Shown: positions 27,216-34,824 of the stretch, one piece after another | How the letters are laid out: the number at the start of each line of letters is the position of its first letter | Numbering within the stretch: position 1 is the stretch's first letter | Virus genome (UHGV): UHGV-0327568 | Strand: one strand, 5' to 3' | Length of the DNA stretch: 47,422 nucleotides | Source of the DNA: a virus | Translations under genes and position numbers: made by a program | The notes under the pieces: generated by a model | What the model was told of the DNA's origin: nothing | Seen by the model: the letters and a program-made list of their open reading frames with translations, nothing else | Databases searched by the model: none

Positions 27216-27388
27216 CACTTCACCTTTATCATGTGTTGTTTTGCAACCTTCAGGCATTCATCGAAAATCTTGCCATTCTTTTCACTCTGGTTGCTCCTGT
27301 AGTGGGTAATTGCGGCCTCTATAGCCGCGTTGTCGATGCCTGGCAGTTTTTCGCGCAGGTTTTTCTCTATGAATTGCTCGGGGTTCAT
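27215..27388 (-). CDS. Small hypothetical protein (57 aa)
   Basis: MNPEQFIEKNLREKLPGIDNAAIEAAITHY... TGATG overlap with the clamp-like gene and RBS GAGGTCAG. Confidence 0.35.
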   Translation of the reverse strand: MNPEQFIEKNLREKLPGIDNAAIEAAITHYRSNQSEKNGKIFDECLKVAKQHMIKVK

Positions 27389-28320
27389 TAAACTGACCTC
27401 ATGAATGCTTTAATGAATTCCGCTGCGACTTGCGGGACGATGGCATTGCCATAACCGCGCAGTCGTCCCACCCTGGCGGGAATCCCATTAGCCAGCGGGA
27501 ATGTGCCGGGCTCAACTGGCCGGAACTTTCCATCCCGGCATCCGAGCCAGTCAGCATCTGACCAGAATCCGTGATGCGGATTGGTTGCGTTATCGCTGCA
27601 AAATCCTGCAGACGCTGTTGTATCTTGCTCCCGTCCTTCCGATACATAGTTAGTGCGTTTTCTGGTGCAGCAGCCCTGTCGTTGCTGTTCGCAGTTGGGC
27701 TGGGCAATGCGGCCAGCTTCGCCTGTCCGGGTAGCTTCAGGCATATCTTTCTGTCCTTCCCGCTGTAGCAATGCGTGCTGCCAGTTGTGTCGTTCACTAT
27801 TGGTGTCGCCCAGTTGCATCGCGCCGAAGAAAAGTCTGTCGCGTTTGTGTGGTGCACCGACGCTGCACGCTGGCAATACTGCCGACCCGCAGGCGTAGCC
27901 TTTGTCTTCCAGGTTAAGGAATACAAAATCGAGCCAGTGCTTTCCAATTGCTGCCGCAACCTGCTCTCCAAACAGCAATTGAGGCTTGCACTCTCTGATG
28001 AGCCTGAGAAATGCTGGGGCAAGGTGCCGCTCGTCGTCAAATCCGAGAGACTTACCGGCAACGCTAAACGGCTGGCAAGGTGGTGATCCTGTCCAGAGCT
28101 GAGTGCTTGCTGGTATTCCAGCCAACTGGAGTGCAAGGGGCCACCCTCCGATTCCGGCAAAGAAGTGACACTGTGTAAATCCTTCCAGGTCTGAAGGGGT
28201 GACTTCGGTGATTGATCGTTCATCGACATATCCGTAAGGAATTAGTTTATTGTTAATTAACTCTCGCAGCCACGCCGCTGCACTTGCGTCCCATTCGTTG
28301 TAGTAGCTGGCTGTCATCAC
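27388..28320 (-). CDS. DNA (cytosine-5)-methyltransferase
   Basis: Motif I FFAGIGG, motif IV SPPCQPFS, ENV-like FGEQV, motif VIII HKRDRLFF and motif X GNAIVPQVAAEF. A long Q/R/C-rich variable region lies between motifs VIII and X. Confidence 0.85.
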   Translation of the reverse strand: MMTASYYNEWDASAAAWLRELINNKLIPYGYVDERSITEVTPSDLEGFTQCHFFAGIGGWPLALQLAGIPASTQLWTGSPPCQPFSVAGKSLGFDDERHLAPAFLRLIRECKPQLLFGEQVAAAIGKHWLDFVFLNLEDKGYACGSAVLPACSVGAPHKRDRLFFGAMQLGDTNSERHNWQHALLQREGQKDMPEATRTGEAGRIAQPNCEQQRQGCCTRKRTNYVSEGREQDTTASAGFCSDNATNPHHGFWSDADWLGCRDGKFRPVEPGTFPLANGIPARVGRLRGYGNAIVPQVAAEFIKAFMRSV

Positions 28321-29132
28321 AGCTTCTCCAGAATAGCCAGAACTTCACTCAACTCAGCGGAAGGAAGGCGCAAAAATTCTTCTGTCTCCTGTGCCACATG
28401 ACCCTCAGCGACAACCATATGGTCTGCTTCTTTCAGCAACTGAATCAGGCGGTCAATCGGCTTAACTTTTTTGGCCTTGAGCGTTTTAGCCGTCACCTTA
28501 TCTTTGCCCTGCGCTTTCGCTTCCTCAACGGCGGCATCAATAACGTTAACGGCATCATCGCCATGCTCACGTGCGACCGCAACGGCGTTGGCATAGCTGA
28601 TTTGGCCTGCATTGATACGCTGCTTGATGGCATCAGGTACATCACCAAGTGACAGGTGCATTTGCACATCAGACACAGAGCGCCCGACCTTCTTGGCGAT
28701 TTCTTCATTCGTCCACCCGAACCCTTTGAGGCGCACATAAGCCTTTGCACGCTCAAGCGGGTCGAGTTGCTTGCCCTGACTTGAAGACACCATGAAGGCG
28801 ATTTTATCCGCCTCATCGCCGGTGAAGTCTTTGCACTCAATTCGCGCAATTGGCACGCCGCGCTCAATGGCACGCAGTGCTCCAAGGTAACGATGCTGGC
28901 CGTCAAGAATCTTGATGCGCTTTCCGTCGGCATCAGGAATAACAGTTAACGCCGGGATTGGCTGTCCTGATTCCCAACACTGCGCGAAGTATTCAACGTG
29001 CTGCTCATCGGCTTCGCGGATGTTGTACCCCGGCTCAAGGTAAAGCTGGTCGACAGGGACCTGATAACCTTTGTTGACCACGATTCCGCCGCGAGTTTCT
29101 TTGTCTGAGTAAATTTTTCCGAGAGATGTCAT
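28317..29132 (-). CDS. ParB-like nuclease-domain protein
   Basis: KILDGQHRYLGALRA is the ParB/Srx-type DGxHR motif. Start chosen at ATG 29132 (GAGGGA RBS). The ORF track extends to 29168. Confidence 0.65.
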   Translation of the reverse strand: MTSLGKIYSDKETRGGIVVNKGYQVPVDQLYLEPGYNIREADEQHVEYFAQCWESGQPIPALTVIPDADGKRIKILDGQHRYLGALRAIERGVPIARIECKDFTGDEADKIAFMVSSSQGKQLDPLERAKAYVRLKGFGWTNEEIAKKVGRSVSDVQMHLSLGDVPDAIKQRINAGQISYANAVAVAREHGDDAVNVIDAAVEEAKAQGKDKVTAKTLKAKKVKPIDRLIQLLKEADHMVVAEGHVAQETEEFLRLPSAELSEVLAILEKL

Positions 29133-29141
29133 CTTTCCCTC

Positions 29142-29256
29142 ACTTTGATAAACAGATTGCACTGGCAATGGCGAATCCGATAACGATTAACGCCAGCTTG
29201 ATTTTGAACTTATCCCACGCCTTCAGGTCTTCTTTTCGTATTTCGTGGCGGATCAT
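29142..29256 (-). CDS. Small membrane protein (38 aa)
   Basis: MIRHEIRKEDLKAWDKFKIKLALIVIGFAIASAICLSK with one TMD. ATGA overlap with the upstream gene. Confidence 0.35.
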
Positions 29257-29564
29257 TGGGGTTCTCCGAGTGCTTTTGCGATTGCGGCATAGGCCTTGCT
29301 CAAGGCAGTGGCATTCCTTTTTGTTGGCGTAGTGAAGACTACAAGCATCTCCAGAGCCTCCAGCAATTCCGGCGCAGCGGCCATCATTCGTTGGTTGGCA
29401 ACTTGAACCTCAACTTCAGGGTCAAACTCAACCCAGCCGACAGGAATAATCACTCCATAAGACTGGTCGTCATCTGTTGATTTTGGCCCTATTGCCCTGC
29501 TGTTATCTCCAAACCACGGCCCCGGCGTACCTTTGAATTCATTCATCCTCATCACCTCTAACAT
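29253..29564 (-). CDS. Hypothetical protein
   Basis: 103 aa; first gene of the leftward cassette. Confidence 0.45.
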   Translation of the reverse strand: MLEVMRMNEFKGTPGPWFGDNSRAIGPKSTDDDQSYGVIIPVGWVEFDPEVEVQVANQRMMAAAPELLEALEMLVVFTTPTKRNATALSKAYAAIAKALGEPQ

Positions 29565-29586
29565 TTATTGTTGTTTCTACGTCATC

Positions 29587-29615
29587 ACTATAGCGACACC
29601 CTCAATCTACGTCAA
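29587..29615 (-). promoter_or_regulatory. Leftward sigma70 promoter TTGACG-17-TATAGT
   Basis: Reverse complement of 29610-29615 is TTGACG, spacer 17, reverse complement of 29587-29592 is TATAGT. The hexamers are identical to the rightward promoter at 6804-6832. Confidence 0.55.
29604..29615 (+). repeat. Conserved element copy 5: AATCTACGTCAA (partial copy TCTACGTCA at 29575-29583)
   Basis: Within CTCAATCTACGTCAACAC; divergent junction 29564 (-) / 29777 (+). Confidence 0.7.
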
Positions 29616-29622
29616 CACTTTA

Positions 29623-29631
29623 TGATAAAAT
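29623..29631 (+). promoter_or_regulatory. Extended -10 (TGATAAAAT)
   Basis: Same nonamer and same spacing from the conserved element as at 17635-17643. Confidence 0.35.
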
Positions 29632-29776
29632 TAAACCAACAACACTCAACCCGCGCTGTTCCGTGCTGAAAAACGTAAGGCGGCGAAATTGGATATAGCA
29701 ATCGGCGTTATCGTCATGGCGCTTTCGCTGGTTCAGGTGTACAGATGCTGGAAGTTCATCATTCGGAGAATAATTA

Positions 29777-30064
29777 ATGAGAGACGCGCTTCAGCACGCC
29801 GCAAACCAGATAATTAGTGGCACTGTCGGCCAGGTAATCGACAAAGCCGGTTACACATCCATCGGTACAGGTCTTGGCCTGAAGGTGGCAGAGCAGACGC
29901 CGGTCGCACAATCATACATTGCCTCAATGATCCCCCATTCGATTACCGAGTGGGCAGCGGTAGCCTCTATACTTGGCGCGCTGTCACTGGTGGCAAAAAA
30001 CCTTTTTGAGATGTGGTGGAAGATTCGGGAGAGCAAAAAGAATGGCAGCACCGACAGCAAGTGA
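29777..30064 (+). CDS. Hypothetical membrane-associated protein
   Basis: 95 aa with hydrophobic segment WAAVASILGALSLVA. Confidence 0.4.
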   Translation: MRDALQHAANQIISGTVGQVIDKAGYTSIGTGLGLKVAEQTPVAQSYIASMIPHSITEWAAVASILGALSLVAKNLFEMWWKIRESKKNGSTDSK

Positions 30065-30434
30065 ACTTGTCGCCGCCATGGCGTCAAGAGGCGTGACTAT
30101 CACCACAGCAGACGCAACGGGAATCCTGTGTCTGGTGGCGAGCATCACAGAGTGTCTTGAGCTTAATTACCCTGAAGACACATGTAGGCAGGATGCAATT
30201 CTGCTATGGGCCTCAATCCTTATCGCCTCAAATACAGCCGGAATATACATAACCAGCCACCGGGCGCCATCTGGTGCGTCGCAGTCATTTGGCTATGGCA
30301 GTAAGCCGTGGATGGCCCTTTACAATCAGATGAAGCTACTCGATACGGCAGACTGCACAGGCGACCTTGTGGAAGAGCCTGATGGGGCAGCAAAGCCGTG
30401 GTTTCGTGTTGTCACCGGGAGTAAGTGCAGATGA
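30042..30434 (+). CDS. Putative head-tail connector protein
   Basis: Start ATG 30042 (GGAGAG RBS). Size (131 aa) and position before the head-tail joining genes. Confidence 0.35.
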   Translation: MAAPTASELVAAMASRGVTITTADATGILCLVASITECLELNYPEDTCRQDAILLWASILIASNTAGIYITSHRAPSGASQSFGYGSKPWMALYNQMKLLDTADCTGDLVEEPDGAAKPWFRVVTGSKCR

Positions 30435-30552
30435 AAACGTCAACATTAACTGTAAATATCGCAATCCGTAAATGGTGCATGCCGCTGCTGGTTATTCTGG
30501 TATTGCTGCGCCTTCCTGTTCCGCGCTGGATTTATACTCTTGAGGCCGCACC

Positions 30553-30897
30553 ATGTCAGCGATAGCGAGATGGAGCTATACGCAGCCATGCACAATCTGG
30601 CGGCTTACTGGCAAGGATAAGTATGGCAAGCCAACATTCGCCGCGCCAGAGCCCATCATGTGTGATTATGGCTTCGATAAGAATCTGACCACCGGCACAG
30701 CTGGCAATGAGATTGCACAGAAAAACACATTCTGGACGGAATACCAGGATGCGTCTGTTGGCGACTTCATCATGCTTGGCACCATTACCAGTGCTGACCC
30801 TTTGGCTGCCGGAGCTGACCAGATTAGAAGCGTCGTGAATTACGGCAATACACTAAATCGCAACGACCTTCCTGATTTTGCGCTGGTAACGGGGTAA
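30553..30897 (+). CDS. Putative head-tail joining protein
   Basis: 114 aa; position and size. Confidence 0.4.
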   Translation: MSAIARWSYTQPCTIWRLTGKDKYGKPTFAAPEPIMCDYGFDKNLTTGTAGNEIAQKNTFWTEYQDASVGDFIMLGTITSADPLAAGADQIRSVVNYGNTLNRNDLPDFALVTG

Positions 30898-30900
30898 TGT

Positions 30901-31317
30901 ATGGCCGCCAAAATGAGAGGTATCCAGCAGGCGATTAAGCGTACCCAGCAGATAGTCGGTGAGATTACTGGTGAGAAGGCGGTATCAGCAATAAAAGCCG
31001 CCAACCACATCATCAGGACTGAATCGGCCTCCATGACGCCAGTAGCCACGTCAACGCTGATAAATAGCCAGTATGACACCGTTGAGGTTAATGGCACTCG
31101 CATAACTGGCAAGATTGGGTATTCCGCTAATTACGCCCTGTATGTCCATAATGCACCAGGTAAATTGCTTGGCACGAATACGCCGCGCACAGGACGGCTC
31201 AAAGGAAAGGGTAACGTGTGGGATAAAAGCGGCGAGCCTAAATTCCTTCTCAAGGCTGGCGAAAACACACGCGAACTTGTCGATCAGGTAATTAAAAAAG
31301 AGATGACGCTAAAATGA
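30901..31317 (+). CDS. HK97 gp10-family tail component
   Basis: KIGYSANYALYVHNAPG resembles the YA.YVE.G core of the gp10 family. Confidence 0.45.
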   Translation: MAAKMRGIQQAIKRTQQIVGEITGEKAVSAIKAANHIIRTESASMTPVATSTLINSQYDTVEVNGTRITGKIGYSANYALYVHNAPGKLLGTNTPRTGRLKGKGNVWDKSGEPKFLLKAGENTRELVDQVIKKEMTLK

Positions 31318-31697
31318 GAGATATGCTTGAGCTTGTTGACCAGTACCTTAGCGATGCCGGTCTTTATGATGGGTGGACTTCTCAGCTTGAGTTCTGGAAC
31401 GATACCGAAGTTGGCGCAGATCGGTTTATGGTGCTGCAATCCAATGGCGGCACGAACGTAAGCAAAGACCTCAGCAATGATTATTATTTTTCGCTCTATG
31501 TTGTCGGCCAGCAGGGCCAGTACAACATCGAAGAAACAAAGGCAAAAGCGCTTGATGTCATCGCATACATCAAAGAGCATCCAGTTGATAGTTGTATTGG
31601 AATGATTCAGTTGCAGGCGCCGCTTGGCCGCCCTACGCTTACGACAGAGAAAAGGCCTGTTTATGAATTGTTGCTGAGGGTTGTTTTTGGTGAGTGA
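31314..31697 (+). CDS. Putative tail terminator/completion protein
   Basis: 127 aa immediately before the major tail region. The stop abuts the tRNA gene. Confidence 0.35.
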   Translation: MRDMLELVDQYLSDAGLYDGWTSQLEFWNDTEVGADRFMVLQSNGGTNVSKDLSNDYYFSLYVVGQQGQYNIEETKAKALDVIAYIKEHPVDSCIGMIQLQAPLGRPTLTTEKRPVYELLLRVVFGE

Positions 31698-31774
31698 TGG
31701 TTCCCGCGACAGGATTCGAACCTGTAATCATCCGATTATGAGTCGGGTGCTTTAACCAGTTAAGCTAAACGGGA
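31698..31774 (-). tRNA. tRNA-Met/Ile2 (anticodon CAT), CCA encoded
   Basis: Manual cloverleaf fold. Acceptor TCCCGTT/CGCGGGA with one mismatch. D-stem GCTT/AAGC. Anticodon loop CTCATAA. T-arm ACAGG-TTCGAAT-CCTGT. Ends A-CCA. Confidence 0.8.
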
Positions 31775-31777
31775 ATT

Positions 31778-31854
31778 TGGTGCACCATACTGGATTCGAA
31801 CCAGTTACCGATTGCTTAGAAGGCAATTGCTCTATCCTGATGAGCTAATGGTGC
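31778..31854 (-). tRNA. tRNA-Arg (anticodon TCT), CCA encoded
   Basis: Acceptor GCACCAT/ATGGTGC. D-stem GCTC/GAGC. Anticodon stem ATTGC/GCAAT with loop CTTCTAA. T-arm ACTGG-TTCGAAT-CCAGT. Ends A-CCA. Lies 3 nt from the tRNA-Met gene. Confidence 0.9.
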
Positions 31855-31856
31855 GT

Positions 31857-31995
31857 TGTGTTGTGGTGAGTGGAGTCGAACCACCTTCCATCAGTGCGCT
31901 GCTGATTGGGTTACGCGCATCCTGCGGTTACTTATCCGGAATCTTCACCGCAAAACTATTCCCTAGCTCGCCGTTGAGCTTCACCACAACGATAA
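31857..31995 (-). other. tRNA-like remnant / candidate third tRNA (no clean cloverleaf)
   Basis: Minus-strand GGTGG-TTCGACT-CCACT is a canonical T-arm 8 nt from tRNA-Arg. The matching acceptor TGTGGTG...CACCACA lies 127 nt apart, or 91 nt apart with one mismatch. No CCA. Confidence 0.3.
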
Positions 31996-32723
31996 ACCAA
32001 CTCACTTAACCACATGAATCGTACAACTCAAAGGTGGTAAATTGATTTACCTGTTGTGTGCCGGGATTCCACCGGCTCCCATCTGTTTTTTAAGACACTC
32101 ATATATCGTCTGGTCTTGTTGTGGTGGCCGGTGCTGTTCTCCGGCGTTGCCTACCCTTAGTGAATCGGTTTTTCCGCTCGAGTCCGGAAAGGCATGGGAA
32201 ACCGCCCACCCTAAACCATCGCATCAGCCTGCGCATTCACCACAACGGAAAGAGCACTCATTGCATCGACCAAACAGAATCGTCTTTTCGATTATGACTC
32301 TACTTTAACGGTTGCTCTGCTGCGCTAACCCAATGCTCTTACCTGTTGTGTGCCCATTATTAATCACACCGGGCCAGTGCGCCGAATTCATTGACAAGGA
32401 GTCGGAAGACCTTGCTGGTGTTTAGCCGTTAGGCTACTGCCAGATACATTTCTTCGTTTGCATTTATCTTTGTGGTCAGTTTCTAAAAACCCGCAAAGTC
32501 GCCACGAAAACTATCGGAAAGAGCGCTTTAAGCCTTACCACATCTACTTTTGCGCATAAGTCGTCACCTGTGCGGGGATGTCCCCTGAAGCTACTTAACA
32601 GCGCTCTTACCTGATAGTTGCTGGCGTCTCAAATTAACAGTAAATCCGAATGCCACCTGTCAATCTTCCTGCATTCTGCGACCAGCAAGTTAAATCTACA
32701 CCACCAATCAAAAGCTGTCAACA

Positions 32724-32732
32724 TGATATAAT
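32724..32732 (+). promoter_or_regulatory. Extended -10 (TGaTATAAT) upstream of the major tail gene
   Basis: CATGATATAAT lies 35 nt before ATG 32767 (RBS AGAGAGG). Confidence 0.4.
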
Positions 32733-32766
32733 GCGATTGTTTAGCTAAACAGAGAGGATTCTAAAC

Positions 32767-33522
32767 ATGGCTATTTGTGCAAATGATAACGGCATCATCA
32801 CAGGTCGCCAGTCGCTCATCGAGCTGGCTGATGGCTGCTGGGATGCTGTACCAGCAGAGGAAGATTGGAAGTTTTTTGCTCCAATGACCTCAAAAGGCGT
32901 CGACTTCAGCCCAAGCACCACTACCTCAGAGGCTGATGATGGCGATGGCTTTGTTGCGACGCTGGTCACTACCGCAGACCTCACCATTTCTGGTGATTTT
33001 GAGGTTCGCAAGGCTGATAAGGCTGATGAGTATGGCGTACATAACCTCATCAAATACTTTGTCACCGAAGTAAAAGCTCGTCGTCAGCCTTCGCTGTGGG
33101 TGCGTCAGACCACCGGTAATACCGTTGTTGTTGCCTACTGCAACATTACCGCTCTGAGCTACGATGGCGGCACCAACGACATTATCACCGGCTCAGTTGA
33201 ATTCAAGCCATATGATGGCTCTACAGTTAACGTGTCAAGCATCGAAGATTTGACACTGACAACTGATATCAGTGCAGACAAAAGCGTTGCCACTAACGGC
33301 ACTCTGACGCTCGGTCCGGTAGTTGCGGCTGGCGGTGTCGCGCCTTATACCTACCAATGGTATAAAGGCACTTCGCCGATCAGCAGTGCTACTACCAACA
33401 CGTTCACCAAGACCACTGCTGCCGAAGGTGATGCTGGTACGTACTTCTGCCGCGTGATGGATTCGGCAACCAGTCCTGATTACGTTGACTCCACCAAGTG
33501 TATTGTTACCGTTACGCAATAA
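32767..33522 (+). CDS. Major tail (tube) protein with C-terminal Ig-like domain
   Basis: 251 aa. The C-terminal ~80 aa (LTLGPVVAAGGVAPYTYQWYKG...GTYFCRVMD) looks like a bacterial Ig-like (Big_2) domain, as in lambda gpV-type tail proteins. Confidence 0.6.
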   Translation: MAICANDNGIITGRQSLIELADGCWDAVPAEEDWKFFAPMTSKGVDFSPSTTTSEADDGDGFVATLVTTADLTISGDFEVRKADKADEYGVHNLIKYFVTEVKARRQPSLWVRQTTGNTVVVAYCNITALSYDGGTNDIITGSVEFKPYDGSTVNVSSIEDLTLTTDISADKSVATNGTLTLGPVVAAGGVAPYTYQWYKGTSPISSATTNTFTKTTAAEGDAGTYFCRVMDSATSPDYVDSTKCIVTVTQ

Positions 33523-33548
33523 AAAAACCCCCGAAAGGGGGTTTATTC
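33522..33548. terminator. Bidirectional rho-independent terminator
   Basis: AAACCCCC-gaaa-GGGGGTTT. Confidence 0.65.
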
Positions 33549-33743
33549 TGTTCTGACATATCTAAAAAACAACTTATCTTGAGATATCATCTTTAATTTG
33601 CCATCTCGCTCCATTCTTCTTGCTATCCTCCGCATGTTACCATGCGAAGATTTAAATTTATGGACATAAATCCAGCCGTAATATTCAATCATTTCGTTCA
33701 CATGGCTTTCTTTTTTTATTTTATGGATGGCTCTCATTATCAC
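33543..33743 (-). CDS. Hypothetical protein
   Basis: 66 aa, basic. Confidence 0.4.
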   Translation of the reverse strand: MIMRAIHKIKKESHVNEMIEYYGWIYVHKFKSSHGNMRRIARRMERDGKLKMISQDKLFFRYVRTE

Positions 33744-33910
33744 GCCTTCCTCGTCTTATTTTTAATCGCCCACAAAATCAGATTAGCCATAAACTCAGAT
33801 CGCTTTAAGTGAATGGCAATCGCGTAATTAATGTCAATGCACTGTACGGCATAGGCGGATATGACATCAGCATCTGTTTGGTCAACCACCATTGGTTTTC
33901 TCCCGCAACA

Positions 33911-34162
33911 TCATACACACTCATCAAGCTGACGGCGCAACATGCATAGCGCACCGCGTGGCATTGCCTGGCGACTCACACCGTCGAAAATCTTCCGGTT
34001 GAGGTAATTGGTCACTCGCGGCCTGATAGCCTGCCAGCACGCCTTAATGCTGCCATTTACCGGGCGGCGCTCGAGCATGGCGAACTTTGCAGATAGTTCC
34101 AGCGTCACCAGTGCATCAAGGTATTGCTCGCAGGCATAGCGATTTTCGTTATCCATCATCAT
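33911..34162 (-). CDS. Hypothetical protein
   Basis: 83 aa; ATGA overlap with the upstream HNH gene. Confidence 0.4.
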   Translation of the reverse strand: MMMDNENRYACEQYLDALVTLELSAKFAMLERRPVNGSIKACWQAIRPRVTNYLNRKIFDGVSRQAMPRGALCMLRRQLDECV

Positions 34163-34644
34163 TTACCATGGTTCTCATGAAAATCATACTTAACCTCCGC
34201 CTTTCTCCTTGCTTCAGCGGCCATATTTAAGTCAGAAAACAATCCAAGATGAATCTTTACGCCATCAACTTTTATGTTTGAGGCCCATTTTTTATGTTGT
34301 TTATCCCATGAAACACCAGTAACACCTGATTTGTTTGTCACCCTGAACTTCATGTTGTGATTATTCTCTTTTGGAGTGACAAGCCTGAGGTTATCTATCT
34401 TATCGTTTGTTTTTTTGTGGTCTATATGATCAATCTGCATTCCGTCAGGAATTTTCCCATTATGCATTTCCCAGATGATGCGATGAACAAGATACTTGAC
34501 GCCATAGATTCCAACAATCTTATATCCATTGCCTCCTACCGCCTTCACCTCGCTTCCGATTTTCACTCTGTTTGAGGTTCTTATCTTCCAGTAAATAGCC
34601 CCATCGCAATAATAAAAAATATCTGACCAATCATTTATCTTCAT
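34159..34644 (-). CDS. HNH homing endonuclease with AP2 domain
   Basis: IDHIDHKKTNDKIDNLR plus KSGVTGVSWDKQHKKWASNIKVDGVKIHLGLFSDLNMAAEA. Third paralog of this type. Confidence 0.8.
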   Translation of the reverse strand: MKINDWSDIFYYCDGAIYWKIRTSNRVKIGSEVKAVGGNGYKIVGIYGVKYLVHRIIWEMHNGKIPDGMQIDHIDHKKTNDKIDNLRLVTPKENNHNMKFRVTNKSGVTGVSWDKQHKKWASNIKVDGVKIHLGLFSDLNMAAEARRKAEVKYDFHENHGK

Positions 34645-34765
34645 CGAATGTCACCCCTACCATTGCAAGTAATTTTTTCGCCATCAACTCGGCCTCATCA
34701 TAGGTAAACCCGCAATCAACGTACAGGTCAATGTAAAATCTCAAATCAGCATCAGTCTCGTTCAT
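34631..34765 (-). CDS. Small hypothetical protein (44 aa)
   Basis: MNETDADLRFYIDLYVDCGFTYDEAELMAKKLL... First gene of the leftward cassette. Overlaps the HNH start. Confidence 0.3.
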   Translation of the reverse strand: MNETDADLRFYIDLYVDCGFTYDEAELMAKKLLAMVGVTFDEDK

Positions 34766-34785
34766 ATGTCAAACCCTTAATCACC

Positions 34786-34797
34786 TTATGCTTTCAA
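34786..34797 (+). repeat. Conserved element copy 6: AATCTACGTCAG (partial copy TTACGTCA at 34826-34833)
   Basis: Within TTCAATCTACGTCAGTC; divergent junction 34765 (-) / 34863 (+). Confidence 0.65.
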
Positions 34798-34815
34798 TCT
34801 ACGTCAGTCTTGCGT

Positions 34816-34824
34816 CTCCTGTCA
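34816..34824 (+). promoter_or_regulatory. Extended -10 (TGgTATAAT) upstream of the tail assembly genes
   Basis: AATGGTATAAT lies 39 nt before ATG 34863. Confidence 0.35.

Noticed and set aside
27399-28229. 276-aa minus-strand ORF overlapping the C5-methyltransferase in another frame
   Set aside because: The MTase frame carries all canonical motifs. The alternative frame is Ser/Leu/Gln-rich, low complexity, and has no motifs.
31857-31995. Calling a confident third tRNA gene
   Set aside because: A canonical T-arm is present, but no D or anticodon arms could be folded with a 76-95 nt span and there is no encoded CCA. Kept only as a low-confidence tRNA-like remnant.
31812-32009. 65-aa plus-strand ORF in the ORF track
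   Set aside because: Lies antisense across the two tRNA genes and the tRNA-like remnant. No RBS. Composition not protein-like.
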